A stretch of DNA of 64,000 nucleotides from a virus (IMGVR_UViG_3300029194_000183:9970-73969), one strand, 5' to 3'; positions 27,301 through 35,737 are shown, counted from the stretch's first letter. Made by a program: numbers and translations. The notes: generated from the letters alone by a model not told the origin.

Positions 27301-30128
27301 CCCTCCCACGCAGTGCTTGCCGTAGACTGGATGCCTTCCCATGCCCCAGACAGCCCGGTGGCCACCGTTTCTACCGCCGAGGTCACGCCGAACTGGATAC
27401 CGTCCCAAGCTGTAGAGATCGCACCCTTGATGCCATCCCACGCAGATGAGGCAGTTGTCTGGATGCCCGTCCATGCAGTCGAAAGCCCAGAGCCGAGCGT
27501 CTCAACCGCGCTGGACACAAAGGAGGAGATTCCCTCCCACGCGCCGGAAATAACACCCGAAATGCCCTCCCACACAGTCGATGCCGCCGACTTGATGTTC
27601 TCCCAGGCTGTAGACCAGTCGCCGGAGATCACGCTCATGACCGTCGAGATGACGGCCGAGATTGCATCCATAACCCCGCTGACCACGCCGGAGATTGCCT
27701 CCCAGACCGTAGAGAATACCGTCTGCAAGCCGGTCAGGATACCGCCAAGGAAATCCGAGATTCCGGTGAATGTCGACTGTGCGTTCTCGTCCATCTCACC
27801 GGTTTTACCCGTGAAGAACGAGACGATGCCGTTCCAGATACCCTCGAAGAAATCCTTGATCCCCGTCCAAACGCCCGTGAAAAATGCCGAGATTCCATTC
27901 CAGACGGTAGATGCTGTGGTCTGGATGCCCGTCAGGATGCCGGAGAAGAAATCGCTGATTCCTGTCCAGATCCCCTCAAAGAAGCCCTTGACGCTTTCCC
28001 AAACGGTGTTCCAGTCCGTACCGAACCAGCCGAGGAACACATCTGCTACACCCTTCAAGGTGTTCAGCACCGTAGAGAAGATAGACTTGATGCCGTTCCA
28101 GATGCCGGAGAAAATGCCCTTGACTGCCTCCCATGCGCCGCTCCAGTTGCCCTGGAACAGGTTGGAGAAAACATCGAACAGACCAATAAGGGTATCGAGG
28201 ACCGTTCCCAGTACAGTGGACACGACCTGAAAGGCACCCTCGAACACAGGAGCCAACACCTGACAGAATCCATCCCAGACTGCTTTCAGCACCTCGACGA
28301 TATCCTTGAAGTCAAAGCCGAGGGCATTGAGCCGCTGGGTCAGTTGGTCGCAGAAGCCGCGCACCTTTTCGACGATTCCGTTCCAGATGTTGGTGATGGC
28401 GGTGCGGAACTCCTCATTGGTGTTCCAGAGGTGCATGAAGGCAGCGACCAGCGTACCGATGACGGCTACGACCGCCATAACCGGCGCCGAGACCCCACCG
28501 AGTGCTGCGCCCAGCTTCCCGAACAGTCCGGTTGCACCGCCCACCCGGGTGGAGAGCAGTCGGATGCCCTTTGCCAGCGAACTGAATCCTCGCAGAGCCG
28601 TACCAACTGTCGATATGGTCTTTCCCAGTACAATGAGCAGCGGACCGATGGCCGCAGCCAGAGCCGCCACCTTGAGGATGGTTTCTCTGGTGCTGTCATC
28701 CATGCTGTTGAGCTTGTCCACGAATGCCTGCACCGCCGACACGATCTTGCGGATGGTGGGCATCAGGAGGTCGCCAAAAGAAATAGCCAGCTCTTCCAAC
28801 TGAGATTTCAGAATGGTGAGCTGACCATTTAAGTTGTCCTGCATGGTTTCTGCCATGCTCTCCGCAGAACCGTCACAGTTCTCGATGGCACCACGGAGCT
28901 TGTCGATGTCACCTTCGCCGGCATTCATCAGGGCAAGGAAACCGGACATGGCGTTCTTGCCGACCAGCGATTCGGCATTGGCTGCCTTTTCGGATTCGGT
29001 CAGACCGGAGAAAGCCACACGGCAGTCCGCAAGGATATCGTTCAGGCTTCTCATGCTGCCATCTGCGTTGCTGGTAGCAATGGTGACCTCGCCGATGTTT
29101 TTGCCCGCAAAGGTCACTTCGCCAGCAAGGTTGTTCATGATGGATCGCAGCGAAGTACCTGCCTGTGATGCCTTGATACCGCTGTTTGCCATGAGGCCGA
29201 TGGCTTCTGCGGTGTCCTCTGCGCTGAAACCCAGCGCACCGGCGATAGGCGCACAGTACTTGAAGGTCTCGCCCATCATGCTGACGTTGGTGTTTGCATT
29301 GGACGATGCCGCCGCAAGGATGTCCGCAAAGTGACCGGAATCCGCAGCCGACAGACCAAAGGCGGTCAAGGCATCCGTGACAATATCCGAGGTGGTCGCC
29401 AAGTCCTCACCGGATGCAGCAGCAAGGTTCATGATGCCCTCGATACCATCCAGCATATCCCCGGTCTTCCAGCCGGCCATCGCCATGTATTCCATAGCGG
29501 AGGCGGCTTCGGAGGCAGAGAACTTGGTCTTGGCACCCATCTCGCGGGCTTTTTCACGCAGGGAATCAAAGTCAGAGCCAGTCGCGCCGGAAATAGCAGC
29601 GACCTTGCTCATCTCTTGGTCGAAGTCCGCTGCGGTCTTCACCGCCGCAGTTCCTAAACCAGTGACCGCTGCTGTGACAGGTAAGAATTTCTTGCCCGTC
29701 TCCTCGACCTGAGAACCAACCGTCTGGAGTTTCTCACCCACTGCATCGATCTTGGCAAGGGTCACATTGGTGACCGCTGCCTGTTCCTGCAGGGATTTGA
29801 GGTTCTGCTCAGTTTCCACGATCTCACGCTGGAGCGCATCGTATTGCTCCTGTGTGATCTTACCGTCTGCAAGCTGCTGGTTGGCCTGCTCCGCCGCCGT
29901 CTTTAAGGTGGTGAGCTTCTCCTTAGTGGCTTCGATGGCATCCTTCAGCATCCGCTGCTTCTGGGTGACCGCCTCGGTGTTGGAGGGGTCCAGTTTCAGG
30001 AGCTTGTTGACATCCTTCAGCTCAGACTGCGTTGTTTTGATGGTTTTATTGACGCTTTCCAGTGCCTTGGAAAGTTTTGTAGTATCGCCGCCGATCTCAA
30101 CGGTAATGCCTGCGATTCTGGATGCCAT
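24303..30128 (-). CDS. Tail tape measure protein (TP901-family N-terminal region; about 1941 aa from the internal Met)
   Basis: AAISGATGSDFDSLREKAREMGAKTKFSASEAASAMEYMAMAGW...FADILAAASSNANTNVSMMGETFKYCAPIAGALG is the tape measure signature. Extensive W-rich and S/T-rich repeats. The probable start is MASRIAGITVE at 30128, after an alternate-codon ORF start at 30176. Confidence 0.9.
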   Translation of the reverse strand: MASRIAGITVEIGGDTTKLSKALESVNKTIKTTQSELKDVNKLLKLDPSNTEAVTQKQRMLKDAIEATKEKLTTLKTAAEQANQQLADGKITQEQYDALQREIVETEQNLKSLQEQAAVTNVTLAKIDAVGEKLQTVGSQVEETGKKFLPVTAAVTGLGTAAVKTAADFDQEMSKVAAISGATGSDFDSLREKAREMGAKTKFSASEAASAMEYMAMAGWKTGDMLDGIEGIMNLAAASGEDLATTSDIVTDALTAFGLSAADSGHFADILAAASSNANTNVSMMGETFKYCAPIAGALGFSAEDTAEAIGLMANSGIKASQAGTSLRSIMNNLAGEVTFAGKNIGEVTIATSNADGSMRSLNDILADCRVAFSGLTESEKAANAESLVGKNAMSGFLALMNAGEGDIDKLRGAIENCDGSAESMAETMQDNLNGQLTILKSQLEELAISFGDLLMPTIRKIVSAVQAFVDKLNSMDDSTRETILKVAALAAAIGPLLIVLGKTISTVGTALRGFSSLAKGIRLLSTRVGGATGLFGKLGAALGGVSAPVMAVVAVIGTLVAAFMHLWNTNEEFRTAITNIWNGIVEKVRGFCDQLTQRLNALGFDFKDIVEVLKAVWDGFCQVLAPVFEGAFQVVSTVLGTVLDTLIGLFDVFSNLFQGNWSGAWEAVKGIFSGIWNGIKSIFSTVLNTLKGVADVFLGWFGTDWNTVWESVKGFFEGIWTGISDFFSGILTGIQTTASTVWNGISAFFTGVWTGIKDFFEGIWNGIVSFFTGKTGEMDENAQSTFTGISDFLGGILTGLQTVFSTVWEAISGVVSGVMDAISAVISTVMSVISGDWSTAWENIKSAASTVWEGISGVISGAWEGISSFVSSAVETLGSGLSTAWTGIQTTASSAWDGIKGAISTAWDGIQFGVTSAVETVATGLSGAWEGIQSTASTAWEGIKSGISSAWEGISGFFGGIWDAITGKTSDSTTQMKTDTSNAWSGVEAEAQTAWSGVSTSVSTACTGMAQSVTTQIDSIKASMSAAWSGIASDTTTAWNAVKTNLTTAWTGITTSVTTSLNSVKTAVTNGWTQLRSLTVSSWSSIQSSLTASWNSIKTASTTAVNAVKTSVTNGWTNLRTLTTSSWSSIQTALNTSWNSIKSATTASVNAVKTSVTTGWTNLRSLTTSSWNSIQTVLNTSWNSIKSATTSSVNAVKSSVTAGWNNLRSLTGSSWSSIQSVLSSSWNTIRNTATSAVNSVKSTVSTGWNGVKSTTSSTFSGVQSAVSGAMSNLRSTVSSGVSGIKSSFNSLSSIASSAYSWGSDICSQMAAGVRAAAGSVVRAAENVASKVRSLLHFSVPDTGPLSDADEYMPDFMKLLASGIKKNQGKVVKAVKTLSGSMKTNLNTPVGDMGDKVRSVVSGFASTITGSTNRVRSAASGLASGIRTGLMNGLEGMSSEFKSVWSDLEKITKTSVSSMSDEVKQGFSDMKTSIGDLSDQTSSLGNAIRSLGDTFNSDFLKGLGEGISKVGDTVSTVTGIVDKLGSMKSTFGSLGETLTNLGNALGTDGGGGLLTKVGSFLSKIGNADGGQIVSNFGNLISGLTSKMGGLGQGITGVISRLGSLGSSGTGILSNLGSVATGVLSKLGGVGSSLSGLLSGVGSTLGGIAGSAGSAIAGLFGSVGTTVSGLAAGAGSALAGIASSAGGVLASAGTALAGLAGPAGIAVAAVGGVGLGLAALWKNCDGFREGVTNIWNKVTSVFSNGVTAIKNGISNAASAIGNVASSIWSGVKNVASSAVNWGKDVVSGIAGGIKKGVSWVGNAAKSVANGIRSFLHFSVPDEGPLADADTYMPDFMKLLTGGIKASEGGLLKQIRSMASKVQQGMAGICSFSLPEINIPRLNTSGWNLPQAALAGGGTTKNTNLGGVHITVNGYNARNDNELAQIVADKINEMIDQDDSVYK
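26446..26962. repeat. 132-nt (44-aa) tandem repeats (about 4.5 copies) inside the tape measure gene
   Basis: The protein repeats SWSSIQ..L..SWNSIK.A.T.AVNAVKTSVT.GWTNLR.LT.S. The repeats are also visible as reiterated peptides in the overlapping spurious ORFs 26035–28230(+) and 26434–26781(-). Confidence 0.6.
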
Positions 30129-30243
30129 GCGGATAACCACCTCCTCCGGGGCAAAAGTAAAGGCCCATCCGCGCAAGGCGAATAGGCCGAAATTGGGTAT
30201 AAAAATACCCCGTCAGATTTCTCCAACGGGGTACTCGATTAAT

Positions 30244-30570
30244 TTACTTTTCTGGAAAAAGGATACTCATATAGTCTCTGCCACCGTAAATTACACGGTC
30301 AACATAAACTATGTCATTCGGTTTCAAACGGTAAAATGCAAGATAGTTTTTGAAAACAACATAGCGATAGCCGCTGTTGAGTCCATTTTCAAATTCCAAT
30401 TTTGATCCAGACTCAGGAAAGGAAGCGATTCCGTCCACCCGATCCATAATACCATCTACAGTATTCTGAGCAGCACTTGGGTTACAGAGTTCGACTTCGA
30501 TATAATCCCATATCTCGTCAAGGTCTTTTAATGCTCTCGGAGAATACTCTATTTTACTTTGCATTTGCAC
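30244..30570 (-). CDS. RelE/ParE-family type II toxin
   Basis: YSPRALKDLDEIWDYI...GSKLEFENGLNSGYRYVVFKNYLAFYRLKPNDIVYVDRVIYGGRDY has the ParE/RelE fold pattern. 108 aa; overlaps the antitoxin by 17 nt. Confidence 0.7.
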   Translation of the reverse strand: MQMQSKIEYSPRALKDLDEIWDYIEVELCNPSAAQNTVDGIMDRVDGIASFPESGSKLEFENGLNSGYRYVVFKNYLAFYRLKPNDIVYVDRVIYGGRDYMSILFPEK

Positions 30571-30847
30571 GGGCCCTGAAGTGATTTCTTACATCTTCCG
30601 AAGAAATCCATCCTTCTTCCTCTCCTGATCGTCTGCCCTCAGCCAACTCGCACATCAGGCGAAGCTGTGCATTCATCCGATCATACTTCTCTGCCTTTTC
30701 TCTCTGTTCTTCCTGCTCATCAATGTTCATGACTGTATAGCAGCCACGTCCGTTTTTCGTCAGGTATAAAGGCTTTCCAACCTGAACCGTTTCGAGAACA
30801 GTCGCATAGTTTCTCAAATCAGAGATTGGTTTGATGTTAGGCATAAT
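30554..30847 (-). CDS. Phd/YefM-family antitoxin
   Basis: MPNIKPISDLRNYATVLETVQVGKPLYLTKNGRGCYTVMNIDEQEE is the Phd/YefM signature. It lies upstream of and overlaps the toxin. Confidence 0.7.
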   Translation of the reverse strand: MMPNIKPISDLRNYATVLETVQVGKPLYLTKNGRGCYTVMNIDEQEEQREKAEKYDRMNAQLRLMCELAEGRRSGEEEGWISSEDVRNHFRARANAK

Positions 30848-30938
30848 AAAGCCCCCTTTCTCGGTTCCTATCTTTATTATACCTCCTGTCAGTGTCAAAT
30901 TCAACACCTAATTTGGTGCTAAATTTTACAATTCCGTC

Positions 30939-31130
30939 TTAGAAAACATCCATATCATGTTGCGATGCCAGCTCTCGATACGGATACTCATCGTTCTGCC
31001 GCTCTGTGAACATATCATTGACCAACCCGATGGTCAGCAAGTCGAGGTCGGCTATGCTGATACCGAGCTGAACACAGCGCAGCATGAAGAGCGGGGTGGT
31101 CATTACCCGCTCACTTTTGCGAGGTTTTTT
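30939..31130 (-). CDS. -1 frame extension giving a gpGT-like chaperone fusion (translated only after frameshifting from 31103–31480)
   Basis: ORF 30939–31226 is in the -1 frame. Past the slip site it reads KKPRKSERVMTTPLFMLRCVQLGIS... This matches the conserved G/GT arrangement of siphovirus tail chaperones. Confidence 0.5.
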   Translation of the reverse strand, partial: KKPRKSERVMTTPLFMLRCVQLGISIADLDLLTIGLVNDMFTERQNDEYPYRELASQHDMDVF

Positions 31131-31480
31131 CTTGCCTCTACCTCCGTCTGGACATTCAGACCCCACAGTTCGATCAGCTGAGGCAGAATCTGGTAGATAG
31201 AGAAGGTATTGAAGTTTTCCAGCCACTCATCCGGGGTGTCCGGCACCTGGTCCGGATGGGCGTGCTTCGCCATAATATAGGCGATATTCTCGAACATCTC
31301 CAGACTAAACAGGTCAAGGCTGGAGCTTTCCTCATCGTTATCCCCCACGCTCTTTTCCAGAGAACGCAGGTCTTTGTAGATATCCCGGCCGAACTTAATG
31401 CGATACAGCCTCGGCACGGCTGCGCTGGCGCGGAAATCAACCTGCTGTCCATCGATCTCGATTTTCTTCGTAATAGCCAT
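31103..31480 (-). CDS. Tail assembly chaperone (gpG-like)
   Basis: Placed between the major tail protein and the tape measure. Its 3' end carries the slippery heptamer A_AAA_AAC and overlaps a -1 frame ORF. Confidence 0.6.
   Translation of the reverse strand: MAITKKIEIDGQQVDFRASAAVPRLYRIKFGRDIYKDLRSLEKSVGDNDEESSSLDLFSLEMFENIAYIMAKHAHPDQVPDTPDEWLENFNTFSIYQILPQLIELWGLNVQTEVEARKNLAKVSG
31124..31130 (-). promoter_or_regulatory. Programmed -1 ribosomal frameshift slippery site A_AAA_AAC
   Basis: The minus strand reads ...gag gca AGA AAA AAC ctc gca aaa gtg agc ggg taa. The X_XXY_YYZ heptamer lies 8 codons before the gpG stop. Confidence 0.55.
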
Positions 31481-31546
31481 AAGTCAAATCCTCCATTTCA
31501 TGTAGAAAGGGCAGAGCCTCCGCCCTGCCCTCAGTTCGTGTCGCGC

Positions 31547-32380
31547 TTACTCTGCCGGGTCGATACTGACCAGTGCATTGCTGCCGCTGACGGTGGGCAG
31601 CTTGCCATCCCATTTCTGGATCTTCTGGTACTCGATCAGAGGTTCCGACAGGCTCTCTGCAATCTTGCGGTTCGCTTCGGCCTGTGCATCCGCAGCAATG
31701 GAAGTCTTCTGTGCCTCTGCCTCGGCGTTGGTGATCGCCACTTGCTTGTCGGCTTCTGCCTTTGCAATGGCGGCCTCGTTCTCGATTTTCTGCTTGTCAG
31801 CGTTCTGCTGGGCAATGGACTTCTGCTGGATGGCAGTGTTGTATGCCTCTTCAAAATCCATGTTGTTGATGACCACCTTATTGATGAACACAGCACCCTC
31901 GCCATACTTCTGGTTCAGGGACTCTGCCAGCTTCTGCTGGGCCAGAGGCTCGATCTTTGTGCGGTTGGTCACTTCATTGGGGCCAAGCTCGGCCATGGCG
32001 GACTTGATGGCAGATGCCACCAACTCGTCACCAACCAGATTCTTGGTGTCAGACACATTTGCGTACAACCATGCGCTCCTTTCGGGAAGCACCTGATAGG
32101 TCACGATCACATCTGCGGCATACACAGGAGTCTTGTCGGAGGCTTCGCCCCAGATCTGTGCCTCGATGTGCTTGTCCTGCTGCTTGTTGGACACGGTATG
32201 GATGCTCTGGACAAACGGAATGGTGAAGTTGAGCTTGCCGCTCTGGATGGTGGCCTCCTGAATCTGGCCGAAGCTGGTCTTCACGCCCGTGTAGCCGGTT
32301 GGGACGATGGTCACCGACTGGAACAGCAGGAAGGCCACGAAGATGACAGTGAACAGGGAAAATACACGATGCTTTTTCAT
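31547..32380 (-). CDS. SPFH/band-7 (stomatin/prohibitin/HflK-C-like) membrane protein; moron inside the tail module
   Basis: N-terminal TM helix (VFSLFTVIFVAFLLF), then the SPFH core TGYTGVKTSFGQIQEATIQSGKLNFTIPFVQSIHTVSNKQQD, then an Ala/Glu/Lys coiled-coil tail. Confidence 0.75.
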   Translation of the reverse strand: MKKHRVFSLFTVIFVAFLLFQSVTIVPTGYTGVKTSFGQIQEATIQSGKLNFTIPFVQSIHTVSNKQQDKHIEAQIWGEASDKTPVYAADVIVTYQVLPERSAWLYANVSDTKNLVGDELVASAIKSAMAELGPNEVTNRTKIEPLAQQKLAESLNQKYGEGAVFINKVVINNMDFEEAYNTAIQQKSIAQQNADKQKIENEAAIAKAEADKQVAITNAEAEAQKTSIAADAQAEANRKIAESLSEPLIEYQKIQKWDGKLPTVSGSNALVSIDPAE

Positions 32381-32439
32381 ATTGAAAATCTCCTTACACA
32401 ATAATGTAGGAAGCAGAGCCGAAGCCCTGCCTCGGTTTA

Positions 32440-33048
32440 TCAGCCCTGAGGATCAGTCTCCTCAGTCACCACACTGGATGCCTCTGCCTGCGGCTCATAG
32501 ACCTTCTCGTACCACTTGTTGTAGACATCGTCGCTGGTGTTGGTGCCGGTCTTAGCCTTGACATAACCGTTTGCCAGCGGGGTCGCCTGCAGGGTCAGGG
32601 TGTCGGTCTTGACCTCCTTGCTGTCCTCGTTGGTGTCACCTTCGATGGACGGACGGCTCGCCACGCAGTTGTACATGACATGACGGATATGCCGCTGGTC
32701 GCCATCAAACTCAAACAGGAATGCGAAGTGCTCCAGCTCGGCATTGGCGTTTTCCGCCAGAACGCCGTTTCCATCCAGTTCCTCGTGCATAATGTCCGTG
32801 AGGAAGGACTCCGGAATCAGGGCGATTTCCAGATCACCCTCATAGCCGGAGTTGTTATTCACGACATAGTAGGCGATATTGTCCGCATAGAACGGCTCAA
32901 TATCACCATTGGCATCCAGGGACAGACTGACCGCACCGGGGATGCGTACCGGGGTATCGTAGGTGACGCCGCCGTCCTCGTCAAAGGTCGCCTTGGCGTA
33001 ATGGCAGTTTTTCAGGCCATACTTGACCTTGTTGCTTTTCTTGCCCAT
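32440..33048 (-). CDS. Major tail protein (phi13/TP901-1-like)
   Basis: N-terminus KVKYGLKNCHYAKATFDEDGGVTYDTPVRIPGAVSLSLDANGD, 202 aa, placed upstream of the chaperone genes. Confidence 0.75.
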   Translation of the reverse strand: MGKKSNKVKYGLKNCHYAKATFDEDGGVTYDTPVRIPGAVSLSLDANGDIEPFYADNIAYYVVNNNSGYEGDLEIALIPESFLTDIMHEELDGNGVLAENANAELEHFAFLFEFDGDQRHIRHVMYNCVASRPSIEGDTNEDSKEVKTDTLTLQATPLANGYVKAKTGTNTSDDVYNKWYEKVYEPQAEASSVVTEETDPQG

Positions 33049-33085
33049 TGCTTTCTCCTCTCGTGAAAAAAGCCCTGTGGCTGAC

Positions 33086-33403
33086 TCAGACGGTCAGCTC
33101 ATACAGGACTTCATACATCTTCTCCGTCTCGATCCAAACCTCGCTCTTTTCATAAAAGAGTTCATGTTCGGTCAGGACTTCTTCGATTGCTGCCTCTGTA
33201 TCCGGATCTTTGTAATCGGTGTATACCTCGATAGCCAGCCGATTGAAATGGTGGTACACGAGGTTGTCTGCGCCGAAGTTTTTCGCTCTCGGGTACAGGA
33301 AACAGATGAACGGTGGGTCGGGGCTCTCCCCTTCTGCGAAATGGTCATACGCATAGGGTAGTCCCATTTCTTCCACCATTGCCTTGACTTCTGCGTGGGT
33401 CAT
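33086..33403 (-). CDS. Hypothetical tail component, possibly the tail terminator (by position only)
   Basis: 105 aa; RBS GGAGG precedes ATG (MTHAEVKAMVEE...). It sits between the gp10-like protein and the major tail protein. There is no sequence-level recognition. Confidence 0.3.
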   Translation of the reverse strand: MTHAEVKAMVEEMGLPYAYDHFAEGESPDPPFICFLYPRAKNFGADNLVYHHFNRLAIEVYTDYKDPDTEAAIEEVLTEHELFYEKSEVWIETEKMYEVLYELTV

Positions 33404-33411
33404 AGTGCCTC

Positions 33412-33789
33412 CTATCCCAGTGCCTTCTTGATAAGGGACTGAAGCAGATCTACGCCCTCCTGCTCGGCAGGAGCAATGTGCGGTCTTGCCGCCACACGCC
33501 CACCGCCGCGCTTGGCGTGCCCATTTTCCAAAAGGTGCGCCAATTGGTATCGGTCCTTGGAATGGACGACCATCTGGAGGCTCTGGCTGGATTCTTCCTG
33601 TTTTGTTGCCACCCAACTGGATTTATACCGACCTGTCCGAGACGGTGCGCCTGTCTCGATTTGTTCCTTGACCGTCTTGGCCGACTTTCGAACAGCCCGT
33701 TTGACCTCGAAGGATGCCAGCTTTGCATATTCCTGCAAGCCTTCATTGATGGCTTCTGCCATCCCGTCAATGCTCACGGTCTTGCTCAT
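33412..33789 (-). CDS. HK97 gp10-like tail completion / neck protein
   Basis: ...PSRTGRYKSSWVATKQEESSQSLQMVVHSKDRYQLAHLLENGHAKRGG has the family-typical TG.LR.S..V motif. RBS GGAGG precedes ATG 33789. Confidence 0.6.
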   Translation of the reverse strand: MSKTVSIDGMAEAINEGLQEYAKLASFEVKRAVRKSAKTVKEQIETGAPSRTGRYKSSWVATKQEESSQSLQMVVHSKDRYQLAHLLENGHAKRGGGRVAARPHIAPAEQEGVDLLQSLIKKALG

Positions 33790-34118
33790 TTCTGCCTCCG
33801 TTCCAGCCTGCAATGCAGCTTTGTGGTTTTCTTATTGTAGTTCATGGGGTCAACTGACGTTATGTCATAAAGCTCACCACGAAACAGTACCCGGAACCCG
33901 GTGGAGGTCAATTTATTGACCTCACTGCACCATCGCACCGTGAACACCACGCTTTTCTGCTCGGCTGTGACTTCACCTTCATCCTCCTGCGCCTCATAGG
34001 TCGAAGCGTAGGCGAAGCAGGTGTAATAATCCACCCATGCGTTCCGATGATTTCCGACCTTATCGGTCATGTGCTTGCTCTGCTGGATCGTGATCCTCTC
34101 GTTCAGCTTATCGATCAT
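33786..34118 (-). CDS. Head-tail adaptor / head closure protein (SPP1 gp16-like)
   Basis: ITIQQSKHMTDKVGNHRNAWVDYYTCFAYASTYEAQ...TVRWCSEV...ELYDITSVD matches the head-tail adaptor family pattern. ATGA overlap with the downstream gene. Confidence 0.65.
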   Translation of the reverse strand: MIDKLNERITIQQSKHMTDKVGNHRNAWVDYYTCFAYASTYEAQEDEGEVTAEQKSVVFTVRWCSEVNKLTSTGFRVLFRGELYDITSVDPMNYNKKTTKLHCRLERRQK

Positions 34119-34456
34119 CAGAACACCCCCTCCCTCACAGCGAACAGAATGGAACGAAGCGTCAGCATCAACTGCTTATGGTCCGCTTCGTCCCGGTGTT
34201 CGTACAAATAGCCCAGCGCATATAGAATTGCCACACGGCAAGTGCTGCGGAGGGCTTCCAATTCCCTCGTTGGTGTGACCCCGTTCTCGGCATCCCGGTC
34301 AGCGGCATTGACTGCCTCCCACTGGTCGTCCGTGAGCCGGCCCACATCCTTGCACATCTGCTCGGCCGAGGAAAGCAGGATACCGATCAGGGCATCTTCA
34401 TCCCCGCTGTCCACGCGCAGATAGGTCTTCGCTTCAAAAAGCGGGATCAGAGCCAT
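34118..34456 (-). CDS. Head-tail connector (gp6-like / QLRG family)
   Basis: LIPLFEAKTYLRVDSGDEDALIGILLSSAEQMCKD is typical of gp6-like connector proteins. 112 aa, directly downstream of the major capsid gene. Confidence 0.6.
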   Translation of the reverse strand: MALIPLFEAKTYLRVDSGDEDALIGILLSSAEQMCKDVGRLTDDQWEAVNAADRDAENGVTPTRELEALRSTCRVAILYALGYLYEHRDEADHKQLMLTLRSILFAVREGVF

Positions 34457-34477
34457 GATCGGTCATCCCCTCTCTTA

Positions 34478-35683
34478 TCAGCCGCCGGCAGCCATCTGGA
34501 GGAGCTGCACGGACTCAGGCAGGATCAGCTTGCCATCGACACGCTGGGTGGTCAGGAAGCCGACCTGATCCGTGCGGGCATACAGCTCGTTCAGGCGACG
34601 GAAAGTGCGGTTCTGGCGGTCAGCCACCCAGTAGTAGCTGTAGTCACCAAAGGCCATGACCTTGTTGCCGCCCTTGATCTCCGGCATAAAGGCGGAGGTC
34701 TTCAGAGGACGGTTCAGCAGAGTATCGGGCTTGCCGATCTCCAGACCCGGCTTCCAGATATAGTTGCCGTTGTTGTCCTTGATGGTCATCAGCTGCAGCA
34801 CCAGTGCCTCGTTGCAGAGGAACTGCGCCTTCTTGCGGTAAGGAGCCTTCAGCGCATAGTACAGCTTGAAAATCTCATCAAAGGTGACTGCATCCTGCTT
34901 AGCAGCCTTGACACCGACCTTTGCGCCACCGGTCTCAGCCAGCAGACCCAGAGGCTTACCAACACCGTCACCGGTGATGAAGGCACGCTCCTCCGCATTG
35001 CCCATACGCACACCGAACCGGCGTGCAATATAGGTGGCGAGGTCAAAGGCGGAATCGTTCAGCAGCTCGTTGGAGATCTTGATCATGGTACCCAGCTTAT
35101 AGGCGGACAGCATGGTCTGGCCGAAGGTCGCATCGCTTTCGGGGATCTCCTCGCCCTCATCGATCCAGCTTGCCTCGCCGGTATCCTCTGCGATAGGGAT
35201 CTTGCGGGTGCCGGAGCTGGTACGGATGACAGTCGCCATGCCACGGAAGATGTTGTTCTCTTCCAGTGCCTCCACCAACTTCTTCTCGAACTCATCGGGA
35301 ACGGTAAAGCCGCCCTCGGTGTCCTCGCCCACAGACAGAGCGTTGCGGACCTCACCGTAATGACCACGGTTGCGGATCATGTTCCAGAAGTTCTCGGCGT
35401 ACTCGGCAGTAGCAGTCGGCTTCACATCCTTCTTGCTGCCGTTCTTGGGATCGGCATGGACGGGGTTGGAAGTGGGCGCAGACAGCTGTGCCTCGATCTG
35501 TGCCTGCTGTTCCAGCCGCTCGATCTCAGCACCCAGGTCCTTGACCTCCTGTGCCATCTTGTTGTACTGCTCCACAGCCTCGGCCTTGACCAGACCGTTA
35601 TCGCCGCGGTTCTTTTCCAGGAAAGCCTTGGTCTGCTCCCAGAGGGTATTGCGCTTGGTGCGCAGTTCCAGAATCTTACTCAT
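34478..35683 (-). CDS. Major capsid protein, HK97 family
   Basis: Length about 400 aa. An N-terminal coiled scaffolding-like region is followed by GGFTVPDEF...LGTMIKISNELLNDSAFDLATYIARRFGVRMGNAEERAFITGDGVGKPLGLL. Confidence 0.9.
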   Translation of the reverse strand: MSKILELRTKRNTLWEQTKAFLEKNRGDNGLVKAEAVEQYNKMAQEVKDLGAEIERLEQQAQIEAQLSAPTSNPVHADPKNGSKKDVKPTATAEYAENFWNMIRNRGHYGEVRNALSVGEDTEGGFTVPDEFEKKLVEALEENNIFRGMATVIRTSSGTRKIPIAEDTGEASWIDEGEEIPESDATFGQTMLSAYKLGTMIKISNELLNDSAFDLATYIARRFGVRMGNAEERAFITGDGVGKPLGLLAETGGAKVGVKAAKQDAVTFDEIFKLYYALKAPYRKKAQFLCNEALVLQLMTIKDNNGNYIWKPGLEIGKPDTLLNRPLKTSAFMPEIKGGNKVMAFGDYSYYWVADRQNRTFRRLNELYARTDQVGFLTTQRVDGKLILPESVQLLQMAAGG

Positions 35684-35737
35684 AGTGTTGTACCTCCATG
35701 AATTTCGTGTTTTCGGCATGAAAAAAGCCGGGGCGCA

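Noticed and set aside
26035-28230. 731-aa plus-strand ORF and several overlapping ORFs within the tape measure gene
   Set aside because: Antisense or off-frame ORFs. Their periodic peptides are produced by the tape measure's nucleotide tandem repeats.
33086-33616. Long form (176 aa) of ORF 33086–33616
   Set aside because: Its N-terminal 70 aa overlap the gp10-like gene in another frame and are Gly/Arg/Pro-rich. An internal ATG with a GGAGG RBS gives a plausible 105-aa protein instead.
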